Origin: an uncultured Spirochaetaceae bacterium
GTDB lineage: Bacteria > Spirochaetota > Spirochaetia > DSM-27196 > SLST01
NCBI GenBank assembly: GCA_964625715.1
Contig: CAZVEF010000004.1
Location: forward strand, 1 to 50,431
Length of the DNA stretch: 50,431 nucleotides
Direction of reading: 5' to 3'
Program-made: the position numbers and the translations under genes
Part shown: in pieces, positions 1 through 8,724 of the stretch
Layout of the letters: each line of letters opens with the position of its first letter
How positions within the stretch are numbered: the first letter of the stretch is position 1
Notes under the pieces: generated by a model
The model's input: only the letters and a program-made list of their open reading frames with translations
Told to the model about the DNA's origin: nothing
Databases searched by the model: none

Positions 1-57
1 CGCCCCATATTGCTGTGCTGCTTCACTACCATCAACAATTTCGGCACCAGTATTCTC

Positions 58-388
58 GCCTTTCCCCTGACAAGGTTCCTCGTCGTGCGGATGAATCTCA
101 TCACGCTGCGCTTCGCGATGATGCATACCGCGCTTCTCGGCGGTGCTGCCGCCATTTCGCTCGGTGTCGACGTCCCGGCGAGCGCCGGGGTCGCTGCGGT
201 CAGCGTCGTCCTGCTCGCCGTCGGCGCGGTGTCCTTCGCCCAGACCGTCCTCGCCTCCACCTCGTGGACCGGGGCCTTTGCGCGCGCCGGTCTCGGTGTG
301 GTACACCTTCGCCGGAGCCGAGGGCACCCGCACCCTCCTCGACTTCTTCGAGATGAGCCGCGCCGCGCTCGAATACACGCTCGACTAG
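58..388 (+). pseudogene. Degenerate chimeric remnant of a metal (Zn/Mn-type) ABC transporter operon: permease fragment plus substrate-binding protein N- and C-terminal fragments
   Basis: AFPLTRFLVVRMNLITLRFAMMHTALLGGAAAISLG resembles the ZnuB/MntB N-terminal helices. VVLLAVGAVSFAQTVLASTSWTGAFARAG resembles a signal peptide plus the first strand of a binding protein. A second frame gives APVSVWYTFAGAEGTRTLLDFF, ending at TAG 386-388. Resemblance is from memory only. Confidence 0.45.
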
Positions 389-1044
389 ATCCGCGCGGTT
401 CTGCCCTCAGCGGTGAGCGCGGCTATGATCGCCGCGAGAACACGGCGAACCGACGCGTGCGCCCACACGCGTGCCCGGTGGCCGGGTGCGAAGTACGCCA
501 CGCGCGGCGAGTCGCCTCCGACCAGCCACACGGCCGGTTCGCCGTCGTCGCGGCGGTACCACACGTCCGGCGAGCCGACGAGCTCGTGCCGGTACGTCTC
601 GTCGCGAAGGCGGATCCGCTGCGGAAGCTCTTCGCAGCGGCCGCCGGCATCCGACTCGCGCCGAAGCGTCTGTTCGACCACGGGACCGTGCCCGACGAAT
701 CGCCCGCCGAGCAGCCAGGTCCAGCGCTCGCTCGCGCGAAACGAGGCGGTCGCGGCGTGGAGCGCGAGCACGCGTCCGCCGGCGGCGACGTACCGCTCTG
801 CGAGCTCGACGAGTATCGGCGCGTCGCGTCGCCGATGCAGGTACACGACCACCAGGGCGGCATCCGAACGGAACGCTCGCCTGAGCCCGTGAAGGCCGTG
901 TACGTGCCGGACACGCGGGCTCCCTCGCCCCATGAGGCGCGAGGCGTTCGCGACCGCGGTGCGAACCGCAGCGAGAGCCTTCACCCGCGCGAGCAGGCTC
1001 GGATGCACCAATCCGGTAGAACAGAACCATACAGCAGGACTCAT
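385..1044 (-). CDS. ThuA-like (class I glutamine amidotransferase-like fold) protein
   Basis: Motifs GGRVLALHAATASF, LLGGRFVGH, DETY and RVAYFAPGH match the ThuA-like pattern. Confidence 0.75.
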   Translation of the reverse strand: MSPAVWFCSTGLVHPSLLARVKALAAVRTAVANASRLMGRGSPRVRHVHGLHGLRRAFRSDAALVVVYLHRRRDAPILVELAERYVAAGGRVLALHAATASFRASERWTWLLGGRFVGHGPVVEQTLRRESDAGGRCEELPQRIRLRDETYRHELVGSPDVWYRRDDGEPAVWLVGGDSPRVAYFAPGHRARVWAHASVRRVLAAIIAALTAEGRTARI

Positions 1045-1050
1045 CGGACC

Positions 1051-1059
1051 ATCGTAGCA
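1051..1059 (-). promoter_or_regulatory. Extended -10 promoter (TGcTACGAT) 6 nt upstream of the ThuA-like ATG; probably leaderless
   Basis: Minus strand reads TGC-TACGAT-GGTCCG-ATG with no SD. Confidence 0.5.
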
Positions 1060-1127
1060 GGATGCGTACTTGTTACCAACGCGTCATCACGAGTAAGATG
1101 GTTCGGTCGCCGACCGAAGGAGGAACG

Positions 1128-2693
1128 GTGAGTTCTACCGAACCGATCGTTCTCGACGCGCTCGTGCGAGCGAGCGGCCTGTTGTCCGAAGAGATCAACT
1201 TTACACGGCTGGTGTCCGTGCTCGTCGAACAGGCGGTCGACGTATCGCGTTCCGACCTCGCCGCGCTCTACCTCTACGAAGAAGAATCTGCAAACTCGCT
1301 CCCGCTCGCCTACCGTCGCGGTCGCGGAGACCCTCCGAAGCGGCTCGAACGATCTGACGAGCTGATCGGGTTCATCGAGGAGTGCCGCGAGAGCGTCGTC
1401 CTGCTCGAGCGCAGGGAGAGTCCGTTCGCCGGCCTCCTGCTCGTCGACGGGGCCCGCAGCGGCATGGCGATCCCGCTGTTCACGGCGAAAGCGAGGCTCG
1501 GGATTCTGCTGATGAACTCGACCGAGGAGCGTCACTACAACCGAGAGCGCTTCTCCCTGCTCGACAGCCTCGTCGGGCTCGCCGCCGGGATGCTCAACAA
1601 CGCTCGTCTCTACCGCGAGCTCCAGGAGTATGCACGGCGAATCGAAGAGCTCGAGCGCTACCAGGAGAGCATCTTCGAGTCGATGACGAACCTTCTCATC
1701 ACGACCGACGAGACGGGCCGAATCCACTACTTCAACCGGGCTGCGGCCGAGCGGCTGCGCCTCGACGAGGACAGGATCGGCTCGTCGCTGCACACGACGT
1801 TTTCGAAGAGCATCACGAAGCGGCTCATGACGGCGATCGACGGGGTCGCCGAGAGCGGAGAGAGCCTCCTCGGGCTCGAAGGGATCTATAGGACCGCGGA
1901 CCACGAGATGGACTTCTCGCTCAACGTCACGCCGCTTCAGGGTAAGCGGGGACGCCACGAGGGCCTCACGCTCCTGTTTACCGACCAGAGTGCCGAGAAA
2001 CGGCTCAAGCAGCAGATGAAGGTCGTCTCCGAGGAGCGCCGCGTCATCAAAGACATGTTCGCATCGTATCTTTCTGAAGACATCGTGAGAATGCTTGTCG
2101 AACATCCCGAGCTCGTGAAGCCCGGCGGAGGCGCGAGGCAGGCCACCGTCTTCTTCGCCGATATCGCTGGCTACACGAGCTTCTCCGAAGGGCGGAACCC
2201 GGAGTACGTCGTGCAGATCCTGAACGAGTTCTTCGAGGAGGCCGAGCCGATCGTACGTCGTCATCGCGGCTACCTGGACAAGTACATTGGCGACTGCATC
2301 ATGGCCGTATTCGGCGTTCCGCTCGACAGCGGCGAGGAGGACACGGTTCGCGCGGTGAGCTGCGCGGTGGAGCTCCAGAAGCTCGTGAACAATCCCCGCC
2401 GCAGTTTCTTCACCGGAGAAGCGGAGAATCTGCGCATCCAGATCGGAATGCACAGCGGCCAGCTCGTCGCGGGCAACCTCGGCGGATCGCGACGCATGGA
2501 TTTCACCGAGATCGGCGACACCGTCAACGTCGCGGCCCGACTCGAAGGAGTCGCCGGCCCCGGCGAGATCATCATCTCGCACGATACGCGTGAGCAGATC
2601 GGCGATTCGTTCGAGCTCGAACAGCGCAAGCCCGCCCGCGTCAAGGGAAAGGCCCGCCCGATCCCCATCTACAACGTCCTCGGCGTCGCGTAG
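1128..2693 (+). CDS. Class III adenylate/guanylate cyclase with N-terminal GAF and PAS domains
   Basis: Catalytic motifs FADIAGYTSFSE, DKYIGDCIMAVFG, IGMHSG and GDTVNVAARLE. PAS-like ITTDETGRIHYFNRAA. GTG start after the AAGGAGG SD. Confidence 0.9.
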   Translation: MSSTEPIVLDALVRASGLLSEEINFTRLVSVLVEQAVDVSRSDLAALYLYEEESANSLPLAYRRGRGDPPKRLERSDELIGFIEECRESVVLLERRESPFAGLLLVDGARSGMAIPLFTAKARLGILLMNSTEERHYNRERFSLLDSLVGLAAGMLNNARLYRELQEYARRIEELERYQESIFESMTNLLITTDETGRIHYFNRAAAERLRLDEDRIGSSLHTTFSKSITKRLMTAIDGVAESGESLLGLEGIYRTADHEMDFSLNVTPLQGKRGRHEGLTLLFTDQSAEKRLKQQMKVVSEERRVIKDMFASYLSEDIVRMLVEHPELVKPGGGARQATVFFADIAGYTSFSEGRNPEYVVQILNEFFEEAEPIVRRHRGYLDKYIGDCIMAVFGVPLDSGEEDTVRAVSCAVELQKLVNNPRRSFFTGEAENLRIQIGMHSGQLVAGNLGGSRRMDFTEIGDTVNVAARLEGVAGPGEIIISHDTREQIGDSFELEQRKPARVKGKARPIPIYNVLGVA

Positions 2694-2702
2694 GAGGTCA
2701 CG

Positions 2703-5276
2703 ATGGACGCAGTCATCAAGTTCGTCACGAATCAGCCACTCGAGTATCTCATCGCCGCTGGCGCGGCGGTCGCAATCGCGCTCCTGGTGCCCATCGCGTC
2801 GGTGGCGCGCCGCGTGCGCTTTCGCAAGCGGATCAGACGCTTCCTCGAGCAGCCCGATATCCGTCGATCCACCGACGTATTCGACGATGCCGAGCTGCTG
2901 CGGCGCAGCCGAACGCTCGAGCACATGGCGGAGCGCGAAGGAGAGGCCGTCGTTGAGGCGCTCGAGCTCGATCGACTGTGGACCGAACGCCTCTACGAGA
3001 AGGAGCGTCCCGGCGATTTCCGCCGCGTCCTGCGCTGGGGCACGGACAAGGGGCTGTTCGCGTGTTTCCTGATGGCGCTGCGCAACCGGCGCTACGCGCG
3101 CATGCTGCGCGGATACCTTGCCGATCACTCCGACTTTGTCGTCCTGCGTCGGCTCGCGCTGTCCGGACGCGGTGACGACTTCAGCGGCCGAAAGGCGCGC
3201 GACTTCTTCGCCGACCGGATCGACGAGGTGCGCGAGATGACCGGCGACCCCGAATGGGCAAGCCGGTACTTCGCGGTGAAGATCCTGCTTCACGACGAGG
3301 ACGAACGCAGCGATCGAGCGCTGCGGGAGGCCTTCTCCGACCCCCACCCGCTCATCCGCAAGACCGTCGTGACCGAGTACGGGCGACAGGACCGCGAGGT
3401 CCTCGCCGAACGCCTCAGGGACATCTTTCTTCACGACCCGGTCTTTGAGGTTCGCAGCGCGGCGCGCGCTCGAATACGCGACGACTTCGCCGACCTCTAC
3501 GCGCTCGACGCCTCCTCGCTCGATTCCGAGGAGGCGCTCCACGTCATCGAGCTCCTCGATCCGAGTCATCCCGACGACGTCAACGCTGCGATGGAGCTGC
3601 TCGCCGGCAGGAGCCTCGAGCTCAGGCTCTCCGCCGCGCGCTTCCTCGGTCGCACCGGGAAACTCCGGGAACTCTTTCTCCAGGCCGATTTCGCCGACCA
3701 GACCGAGCTCGCGCGCATCCGCGAGCTGCTGCTCAACGCGCTCGAGGTCAACGTCGTCGACTTCCTCGACGCGGTCACCGACCAACCGGGCCCGGCCTCG
3801 CTCCTGATCGCGGCGGAGCTCCTCGCCCGGCACGGATCGTCCACGCTCATCGTGGAGATCGCAGAGCGAGTCTTCCGGCTGCAGCGTCAAACCACCGACC
3901 ATTTCGACGAAATCTACTCGCGAACCGTCGAGGCAATCGCCGAGCGCGGGACCGAAGACGCCCGGCACCTTCTCGCCCGGGAGATCACTCGGCGGCACGA
4001 CCAGCCGGATCTGCTGCGCGTTGCGCTCGCCGGTGTGCCCGCCGGAGCGGATCAGATATTCGCCCCGGTCCTCCTCGCGGCGCTCCGCGACCCTGAGTTC
4101 CCGGAGCGTGAAGCCCTGCGAACCGCTTTCACCAGGCTCGACACGCCGCTCGTGCTGTCCACCTGCATCGACATCATCACCGCCGACCGCGACGCGAACC
4201 CTCATCGCGTCCGCATCGACGCCCTCATGACGCTCGGCGAGCTCGGACTGCCCTACACGCTGCAGGACATTCTCGAGCACCTGCCCATCCTGCCGGTCGA
4301 CACCGCGCGCGAGTTCACCGCGCTGCTGAATCAGCAGCAGCCCAAACAGCTCGAGCGCAAGGTAGCCAAGCTTCTCGAGAGCGTGGACGGCAACATCCGA
4401 GCCTCGGTGATCGCCGCCCTGCCGGCGACCGGCAAGAAGACCTTCCTCAACGAAATCAAGGCCGCGCTCGACGACGCGGATCCGGACGTCAGAATCGCCG
4501 CCACATGGTCGCTCGTCGACTACGAAGAGACGCGTGCGCTCAACCAGGCGGTCGGCATGCTGCGCGATCCGGTGCAGCGCGTGCGGGAGAGCGTCGCGCA
4601 CGCGCTCGCGATCGGGGGCGGAAGGACCGCGCTCGATGCGCTGCGCGAAACGCTGACCGATGAGAACGAGGTCGATGTCGTCAAGCGGGCAGCGATCCGC
4701 GGACTCGGTTCGTCCGACCAGCCCGACGCGGTCGACGTCCTCGTGGACGTTCTGCAGGGCGAGGATGAGCTCGCCGACGCGGCCGCCGACGCGCTTGCCG
4801 AGAAGGCACAGGGCGCGTCGGTCCGTCGGCTCGTCGAACGATTCAAGGACGCCGACCCGGCGCTGCGCGATCGCATTACCGGCGTCTTCACCCGGATGGG
4901 CGAGCAAGGTGAGCCGGTCATCCGCGAGCTACTCGAGGAGGAGATCGAGAGCCTGCGTCCGCTGCTCGCCGAGATCCTCGAGACGACCGGCTACGTCGAA
5001 AACCGCATCCGCCTGCTGAGCAACCGTGACCCGCGCGTACGGCGCGACGCCGCCGACTTCCTCGCCCGGGTCGGCAGCGAGGCCGCCTTTCGCGGGATCG
5101 TCATGGCCGCCCGCGATCCCGACTCCGAAGTCCGGGTGCAGGTCACGAAGGCGCTCGAGCGTCTGGCGAGCGAAGACGGCAAGGGAATCCTCCGCGCGCT
5201 CGAAAACGATCCGGACCGCCGCATCCGCAAGTATACCCACTGGGCGCTGCAACGCCTCGAGGCCAAGTCGCTGTAG
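2703..5276 (+). CDS. Membrane-anchored HEAT-repeat protein
   Basis: N-terminal hydrophobic helix and many L..D.D..VR..AA.AL repeats (e.g. LDDADPDVRIAATWSL, RDPDSEVRVQVTKAL). AGGAGG SD overlaps the cyclase stop. Confidence 0.85.
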   Translation: MDAVIKFVTNQPLEYLIAAGAAVAIALLVPIASVARRVRFRKRIRRFLEQPDIRRSTDVFDDAELLRRSRTLEHMAEREGEAVVEALELDRLWTERLYEKERPGDFRRVLRWGTDKGLFACFLMALRNRRYARMLRGYLADHSDFVVLRRLALSGRGDDFSGRKARDFFADRIDEVREMTGDPEWASRYFAVKILLHDEDERSDRALREAFSDPHPLIRKTVVTEYGRQDREVLAERLRDIFLHDPVFEVRSAARARIRDDFADLYALDASSLDSEEALHVIELLDPSHPDDVNAAMELLAGRSLELRLSAARFLGRTGKLRELFLQADFADQTELARIRELLLNALEVNVVDFLDAVTDQPGPASLLIAAELLARHGSSTLIVEIAERVFRLQRQTTDHFDEIYSRTVEAIAERGTEDARHLLAREITRRHDQPDLLRVALAGVPAGADQIFAPVLLAALRDPEFPEREALRTAFTRLDTPLVLSTCIDIITADRDANPHRVRIDALMTLGELGLPYTLQDILEHLPILPVDTAREFTALLNQQQPKQLERKVAKLLESVDGNIRASVIAALPATGKKTFLNEIKAALDDADPDVRIAATWSLVDYEETRALNQAVGMLRDPVQRVRESVAHALAIGGGRTALDALRETLTDENEVDVVKRAAIRGLGSSDQPDAVDVLVDVLQGEDELADAAADALAEKAQGASVRRLVERFKDADPALRDRITGVFTRMGEQGEPVIRELLEEEIESLRPLLAEILETTGYVENRIRLLSNRDPRVRRDAADFLARVGSEAAFRGIVMAARDPDSEVRVQVTKALERLASEDGKGILRALENDPDRRIRKYTHWALQRLEAKSL

Positions 5277-5389
5277 CGCCGCCGCGGGTACCTCCGAGAC
5301 CGCTGCGGACGGCGCTGCGGCCGTCGCGGTGAAGGTCGACGTTCCCGCGATGGTGTCGGTGGGGCGCTTCAACCATTATATTCAGCCCC

Positions 5390-8296
5390 ATGAAGAGGTA
5401 CCTCGTCGTAGTCATCGCCGTCCTCGCAGCGTTCCTCGTCGGGTGCGGGTCTGCGCCCGACGCGCGGCCGGAGGCCGCGGCTTCCGCGGACTCGCAGCAG
5501 GAGCAAAGCTCGGCCTCTCAGTCGGCCGGAACGACCGGCGCCGCGGAAGCCGAGCCCGCCGCCGAAGACGATGGCGAACCGCTTCCGGTCGATCCGCTCG
5601 TAAAGACGGGAACGCTGCCCAACGGTATGGCGTACTACATCCGCGAGAACTCCGAGCCGCGCAACCGCGCCTTCCTGCGCCTTGCCGTAGACGCCGGATC
5701 GATCCTCGAAGACGAGGACCAGCTCGGGCTCGCACATTTCCTCGAGCACATGGCGTTCAACGGTACCGCCTCGTACAGCGGCAACGAGATCATTTCGTTC
5801 CTCGAGCGGCTGGGGATGCGCTTCGGACCGGACATCAACGCCTACACGAGCTTCGACGAGACGGTCTACAAGCTGAGCGTTCCCACCGACGAGCCGGAAA
5901 CCTTCGCCACCGCGCTCGACGTCCTCTACGAATGGTCGTCCGAGATCACTCTCGACCCGGAGGAGATCGACAAGGAGCGCGGCGTCATCGTTGAGGAGTG
6001 GCGCTTCGGCCGAAGCGCCGCGGCCCGGATGCGCGAGAAGCAGTACCCGGTCCTCTTCGGGGACTCGCGCTACGCCGAGCGCCTGCCCATCGGCGACATG
6101 GATCTGATTGAGACGTTCGAGCCCGAGGTGCTCGAGCGCTTCTACGACGACTGGTACCGTCCCGGGCTCTCGGCGGTCGTTGCGGTGGGCGACTTCGACG
6201 CCGCGGAAGTCGAGCGGCACATCAGGGATGTCTTTGCCCCGTTCGAAGAACAGGCCGATCCGCGCCCGCGCGAAACGTACTCGGTTCCCGATCACGAGGA
6301 GACCCGCTTCGTCGTCGCCGCGGACCCGGAGACGAGCTACACCACGGTGTCTGTCTACGTCAAGCGCGACGCAGAGACGCTCACCACGCGCGACGACTAC
6401 CGCGACCTGATCATGGGGCAGCTGTTCACCTCCATGTTCAACGCCCGTCTCGATGAGATCAGCAGGGCGTCCGATGCACCCTTCCTCGGGGCAGGGGTGA
6501 GCAGCGGCTCGTTGGTGCGCACGAAGGCGGCAGCGACCCTGTCGGCTGCGGTGGAAGAGAACGAGGTCGCGCCCGCGCTCGAGGCGCTCGTCACCGAGGT
6601 GCGCCGTGTTACCGAGCACGGGTTCACCCCGACCGAGCTCGAGCGAGCCAAGCAGAACCAGCTCCGCTCGATCGAGCAGGCGTACCGCGAACGCGAGAAC
6701 ACCAACTCCGGGAACTTCGCCGACGAATACGTGCGCGCGTTCCTCGAGGACGAAGCGATTCCGGGGATCGCCTACGAGCGCGACCTCACCGAGGAACTGC
6801 TTCCCACGATCTCGCTCGACGAGATCAACGATCTCGCCGGCGCGTACCTGGACGACCGGAACCGCGTGGTGATGGTGAGCGCGATCGAGTCGGATGATCT
6901 GCCCGACGTTGAGGAGGCCGATCTGCGCGCCGTGTTCGAGAACGCTCAATCGGTGGCCGTCGAGCCGTACGAGGACACGATCGTGACCTCTGAGCTCCTC
7001 GGCGTGCTTCCCGAGCCCGGAGCGGTCGAGCGGGAGACGACCCTCGACGCCGAAGGCGTGCTCGACTGGCGGCTCAGCAACGGGGCACGCGTGCTCGTCC
7101 TGCCCACCGACCACCGCGAGGACCAGGTCGTCTTTTCGGCGTTCAGCCCGGGCGGCACCTCCCGGATCGCAGACCGGCGGTTCCGGTCGGCGCAGTACGC
7201 GACGACGTTCACCGAGCAGATGGGCTACGGCGAGTTCTCGCCGAGCGATCTCGAGCGAGCGCTTGCCGGCACGCAGGTCTCCGTCGCACCGTACATCGAC
7301 ACGTACGAGGAGGGCTTCTCCGGGTCGACCTCGGTCGAAGACCTCGAGACGATGCTGCAGCTCCTCCACCTCAAGATGACCGCCCCCCGCGCGGACGAGA
7401 ATACCTTCAACGCGCTGAAGCGCCAGTTCTCGGCGGCAATCGCCAACCAGGAGAACGAACCGCAGTTTCAGTTCCAGAGTCGGTTCCAGGAGCTCTACAG
7501 CGACGGTCACCCGCGCGCGCTTCCTCTCGACGACGCCGCGCTCGAAGAGATCGAACTCGACGACGTACTCGCCACGTATTCCGAGCGGTTCTCCGACGCT
7601 TCTGACTTTACCTTCGTTTTCGTGGGTACGATCGACCCCGACGAGCTTCGCCCGCTGGCAGAGCGATACCTCGCAACGCTTCCGGCCGACGGTGCCGATC
7701 CGGGCTGGCGCGACGTGGGCATCGGTCGGCCCGACGGGATCGTCACCGATACCGTACGCTCGGGAGTTGAACCGGTGAGCGAAGTGGTCGTCGCGTTCCA
7801 CGGGGAGTACGAGTTCGGCCAGGAGTCCAACTACGCCATCCGTGCGCTCGAACGAATGCTGAGCATCCGCATGCAGGAGGTCATCCGCGAGGACGAATCC
7901 GGCACGTACGGCGTCGGTGTCCAGGCGCAATTCTCGCGCATCCCCGACGAACGGTACTCGCTGCTCGTCACCTTCCGCTCGTCGCCCGAGCGGATCGACG
8001 AGTTGACCGGACGCGTCTTCGACGTGATTCGCGAAGTCCGCGACGAGGCGCCAGACGAAACGTACGTCCAGCGGATCCGCGAGACCCAGCGGTCGGCGTT
8101 CCGCGAGCAGCTCACGAGCAACCGGTTCTGGCTGTCGCAGGTCCGGCACGCGGCCCGGCACGATCGATCCATGGCGACGATCCGACGCTACCTCGATCTC
8201 GTCGATGCACTCGATCCGGCCGACGTCCGCGAGGCCGCCCGAAGATACCTCGATCTCGAGCGGTACGTGCAGGTCACGCTGATGCCCGCTGAATGA
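5390..8296 (+). CDS. M16 family zinc peptidase (PqqL-like), lipoprotein
   Basis: GLAHFLEHMAFNG inverted HxxEH motif, NAYTSFDETVY, lipobox LVGC, and a duplicated LSNG-starting half. Confidence 0.92.
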   Translation: MKRYLVVVIAVLAAFLVGCGSAPDARPEAAASADSQQEQSSASQSAGTTGAAEAEPAAEDDGEPLPVDPLVKTGTLPNGMAYYIRENSEPRNRAFLRLAVDAGSILEDEDQLGLAHFLEHMAFNGTASYSGNEIISFLERLGMRFGPDINAYTSFDETVYKLSVPTDEPETFATALDVLYEWSSEITLDPEEIDKERGVIVEEWRFGRSAAARMREKQYPVLFGDSRYAERLPIGDMDLIETFEPEVLERFYDDWYRPGLSAVVAVGDFDAAEVERHIRDVFAPFEEQADPRPRETYSVPDHEETRFVVAADPETSYTTVSVYVKRDAETLTTRDDYRDLIMGQLFTSMFNARLDEISRASDAPFLGAGVSSGSLVRTKAAATLSAAVEENEVAPALEALVTEVRRVTEHGFTPTELERAKQNQLRSIEQAYRERENTNSGNFADEYVRAFLEDEAIPGIAYERDLTEELLPTISLDEINDLAGAYLDDRNRVVMVSAIESDDLPDVEEADLRAVFENAQSVAVEPYEDTIVTSELLGVLPEPGAVERETTLDAEGVLDWRLSNGARVLVLPTDHREDQVVFSAFSPGGTSRIADRRFRSAQYATTFTEQMGYGEFSPSDLERALAGTQVSVAPYIDTYEEGFSGSTSVEDLETMLQLLHLKMTAPRADENTFNALKRQFSAAIANQENEPQFQFQSRFQELYSDGHPRALPLDDAALEEIELDDVLATYSERFSDASDFTFVFVGTIDPDELRPLAERYLATLPADGADPGWRDVGIGRPDGIVTDTVRSGVEPVSEVVVAFHGEYEFGQESNYAIRALERMLSIRMQEVIREDESGTYGVGVQAQFSRIPDERYSLLVTFRSSPERIDELTGRVFDVIREVRDEAPDETYVQRIRETQRSAFREQLTSNRFWLSQVRHAARHDRSMATIRRYLDLVDALDPADVREAARRYLDLERYVQVTLMPAE

Positions 8297-8312
8297 CCTA
8301 GGGACGGTTTCT

Positions 8313-8633
8313 ATGGCAGACCCTGCTTCTCCTCCGGGGACGACCCCGGAGGTCAAGGAACGAGAAGAGACCAAGGTCAAGCCGCCGTCCATGTACCGCG
8401 TGGTGCTTGTCAACGACGACTTTACCCCGCGCGAGTTCGTCGTCTACGTTCTCGTCTCGATCTTCCAGAAGAACCGGGGCGAGGCAAGGCGCATCATGCT
8501 TACGGCTCACCAGGGAGGCAAGTCCGTCGTGGGGGTGTACACCTACGACGTGGCCACCTCGCGCGTGGAGCGCGCCCGGAAACAGGCGACCGAGGCCGGA
8601 TACCCGCTCGTGCTCTATACCGAGGAGGTCTGA
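8313..8633 (+). CDS. clpS: ATP-dependent Clp protease adaptor ClpS
   Basis: PSMYRVVLVNDDFTPREFV, IMLTAHQGG and GYPL motifs. Confidence 0.95.
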   Translation: MADPASPPGTTPEVKEREETKVKPPSMYRVVLVNDDFTPREFVVYVLVSIFQKNRGEARRIMLTAHQGGKSVVGVYTYDVATSRVERARKQATEAGYPLVLYTEEV

Positions 8634-8689
8634 CGGCCGTCCCGCGCCCCGGCAGTCTCGGTCGGCAGGAAGCCGGCGACTCCTGCCTG

Positions 8690-8718
8690 TGGACAACGCC
8701 ACGCACGGTGCCTATAGT
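8690..8718 (+). promoter_or_regulatory. Sigma70-type promoter TGGACA-N17-TATAGT, 6 nt upstream of GTG 8725
   Basis: Direct reading of the sequence; canonical spacing; no SD before the start codon. Confidence 0.6.
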
Positions 8719-8724
8719 GATCGC

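Noticed and set aside
1041-8413. Very long antisense ORFs (1041-4907, 5369-8413; likewise 27836-29323, 31107-32702, 38639-40222, 47482-49251)
   Set aside because: They are shadow frames of real genes caused by high-GC codon bias and have no recognisable motifs.
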